Both the position numbers and the translations under genes were made by a program. The notes beneath the pieces were generated by a model. That model was not told the DNA's origin. It saw nothing but the letters and a program-made list of their open reading frames with translations, and ran no database searches. A stretch of DNA of 64,000 nt from Podarcis melisellensis (lineage: Eukaryota). The stretch is from assembly GCA_964234715.1 (NCBI GenBank), contig OZ174284.1; one strand, given 5' to 3'. Shown here piece after piece: positions 61,466 to 64,000 of the stretch. Each line of letters opens with the position of its first letter. The stretch's first letter is position 1.

Positions 61466-63849
61466 TGACACACAGTGACACTGGTTCTAAAACTGCTGTA
61501 CACTTGTTGTGTGTTAATGTTTGCAATGCTAGGCAGCAGCAAAATGTTTCTACAATTATTTCTGCCACCTGCATCCATGTGGTTTCTTCAGGCTTGAACC
61601 ACTTCTATAGAAATTATGTAATCATCTGTTCTATAGTTTGTTTTGTGTAATCTGTTGCCCCAGCAAAGTCCATTGTTAGCAAAGGCATGTCTATGACACC
61701 CATATTCTCCATCCATCTAGTAGCAGGCAAGGTCCTGCTTCCCCTAGAACCTAGTTAGCATACACACAAACTGGACAACTTCTCGATCAGACTTGCCAGG
61801 CGAACTCTTGTTACTTGAATATTAATTTGAGTCGTTTTGTCAATGGTCAACACCAAGGAGGTTTGCAAGCTGCTTTATTAAGATAGCAGCATCTACACTG
61901 TTGTAGTTCTTTTTAGGCTTGTTATATTTGAAAATCAATAAAATGCAGTTTTTAAAAACCTGGAAAGGGTAGAAATGATATCTTAATGCATGTCCAGACT
62001 GTTGGTAGACTGGATAATGAGCTTGTGTGGTTTTCAGAAGCTGTCACACTGTTCATTTACGCAAACAGGGCAGAAAATAATATCAGCAACAAAGGTTGGA
62101 GCATATGTTCTGAGGTAGCCATTGGTGGAGTTTGCAACCCGTCTGGCTGGTTCTACTATCAATTACAGTAGTTGGTTAAAAGTGCTGGTGCAAAGTTATT
62201 GCAGTTCTTGTTGGGTTTCTGCCCCTAGGCAATACCCATTGCTTCATTCAGTTCTCATCATCTATGTCTTTCACATTGTTATTGGATGTTACAATAAACC
62301 ATGATTGATCACCAGGGTGGGGAATTTTTTCCTGGCTTTGCAGGCCCGATCCTTCCTTTTGTCCCCACCTCCGTGGGCCAACTTTGACAGGTGGTTGTCC
62401 TCCCCACCTGTCAAAGTCCTTGCATCGTGCTTTCCAAGTGCCCAACTGTCAGTAGGTTGCTGGCTGCTTGGGAATTGTAGCACAAGGGGCTTTGCCATCC
62501 CTGTGTTTGGCGCTTATCAAGCACTGGCAGATTAGCTATGGCAGCAAAGCTGTTTTCTGCAAGGATTGACTTTGTGATCGAATTATCCATGGGGAAATTG
62601 GTTGCATAGCCAACATAGTCGTGTCTCATATATGCTTTCAGGCATGGGGCAGGTGGGTGTGGCTTTCAAAAATTACCTGGGCTAAATCGAACCCATGCCA
62701 GGCCAAATTTGGCCCATGGGTTGGAGGTTTCTCACCCCTGTTTATAATGAAAGGAGCAAGGCAGCCCCACACCCACCACCTTGCATATTGGCCCCCTCCT
62801 CTCCTCTCCCCAGTCCTGTGGCAGTATAGCTGGCCAAGCATACCATAGCCGTGTGATTTTATTTGGCAGTCTTTGGCTATTGGATTGTTAGTTAAATATT
62901 GAAACTTCATTCAGACCTAATATTTTGACCCTAATGCTCAAGGAATCTGTGGTACCGAGTGTGTGCCATGGTTCTACAAGGCCACAGGAAAATGAAGCAA
63001 GTTGTGTTACTGAGTACGGAACTCTGTTTCCTATGAATCTTTGAGAATCTTTTGTTTTCTTGGAGAAGATTAGCTTCCAATCCTCAGAGCTGCAGAGAGA
63101 CAATTGAAAGTGTTTGGATAATCCTGACTGAAATCTCAGAAGTATGAAAGAGATAGCTGAGTAAGATTTTCAGTCCATCTTGAAAACAGCATGTGGTATC
63201 TTAGGAAGTAGGGCACATTGTTCCAGTGCCTTGCTTCTTGTTGTTTTGATGCACCAAGAAAATGGTTACCTTACCACTAAAATTTGTCACTGAAGGCTAA
63301 GTTTCAGCATGAAGCACAGTGAGTGTGAGGAGTCGCATCTCTCTTAAGCTGGTTACCTCTTCTGCATGCTCAACCGGAGTCTGAGATAGCGTGCCAGGGT
63401 TTTCTGAGTAACTATTGCAATAAGTCAGACAGCTCACCTTTCCCCGGTTTGGATTACTGAAAGAATAATTGGTGACCAATCGTGATGGGAATGTTCTCAA
63501 GCAAACTGTTCTAACAAAAAATCGCATTGTGGAATTCTATGTTGTTTTTAATTGCCTAATTGGCTACACTTCCCACATTCCTAATAACAGATGGATGTTA
63601 TGGCGGGGGTGGTGGGGGTGGTAGAGCCTTTTATTACCAAGCAACATAAGAGGAGAGCCCTGCTGGAACAGACCAAACACCCATCCCTAATCTCCTCTTT
63701 TGCTACACCTTTTACTTCCTTGCCATCAGAACCCAACTGCATTCTAAAACTGATCCGTAATCTAACATTTAAAACATGTATATTGGCTTCCCACTATCAA
63801 GCCTTCAAGGTAGGCTCATTATCATTAGACGATTAAAAACTATATGGAT

Positions 63850-63903
63850 GTATATGTGTGTGTGTGTGTGTGTGTGTACATGCATGTATATATGTATGTA
63901 TAT
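63850..63903. repeat. (TG)n/(TATG)n microsatellite
   Basis: Directly visible. Confidence 0.9.
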
Positions 63904-64000
63904 TTCTTGTTGTGGGTAGTATCTTGGGATCCTGTATCTGTGGGGATAGAACGTATGAGAGCAGACTTGCCTGAACTGGTTCCTTTGTCAAGGTAATGGC

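Noticed and set aside
62621-62848. HLAYWPPP peptide as an SLC23A4 N-terminal exon
   Set aside because: Similarity is limited to 4 residues; the expected following PPWYLC..LG.QH pattern and suitable splice sites are absent

Overview
Vertebrate nuclear DNA, most likely a squamate reptile and probably a lacertid lizard, judging by the repeat repertoire (Squam3-type SINE with a (CTT)n tail, BovB, CR1, L2, hAT and Tc1/pogo MITEs). Positions 617-33490 (+) hold the 3' part of CNOT4, the CCR4-NOT-associated RING E3 ligase. Ten coding exons splice in frame, covering the RRM, the C3H1 zinc finger, the CAF40-binding motif and the stop at 32429. They include a tandem 5' donor, a 156-nt cassette exon absent from the human protein as I recall it, and a 213-nt cassette exon. 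Tail-to-tail with CNOT4, on the - strand, a complete 5-exon gene can be assembled (48619-38150, 963 nt, 320 aa): putative signal peptide, one sushi/CCP domain, one TM helix and a basic, Tyr-containing cytoplasmic tail. It is clearly SUSD3-like, but lies away from the locus where mammalian SUSD3 sits, so it is probably a little-characterised paralogue. This is the best candidate for undescribed biology here. Upstream of it are an AUGA-overlapping uORF and a perfect 5x19-bp minisatellite that, with a nearby inverted pair, gives 7 TEAD consensus sites. The rest is intronic or intergenic DNA with nested transposon fragments and microsatellites. No confident coding exon was found beyond about 49 kb, apart from retroelement fragments. 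All homology statements come from recognition or recall, not from database searches.
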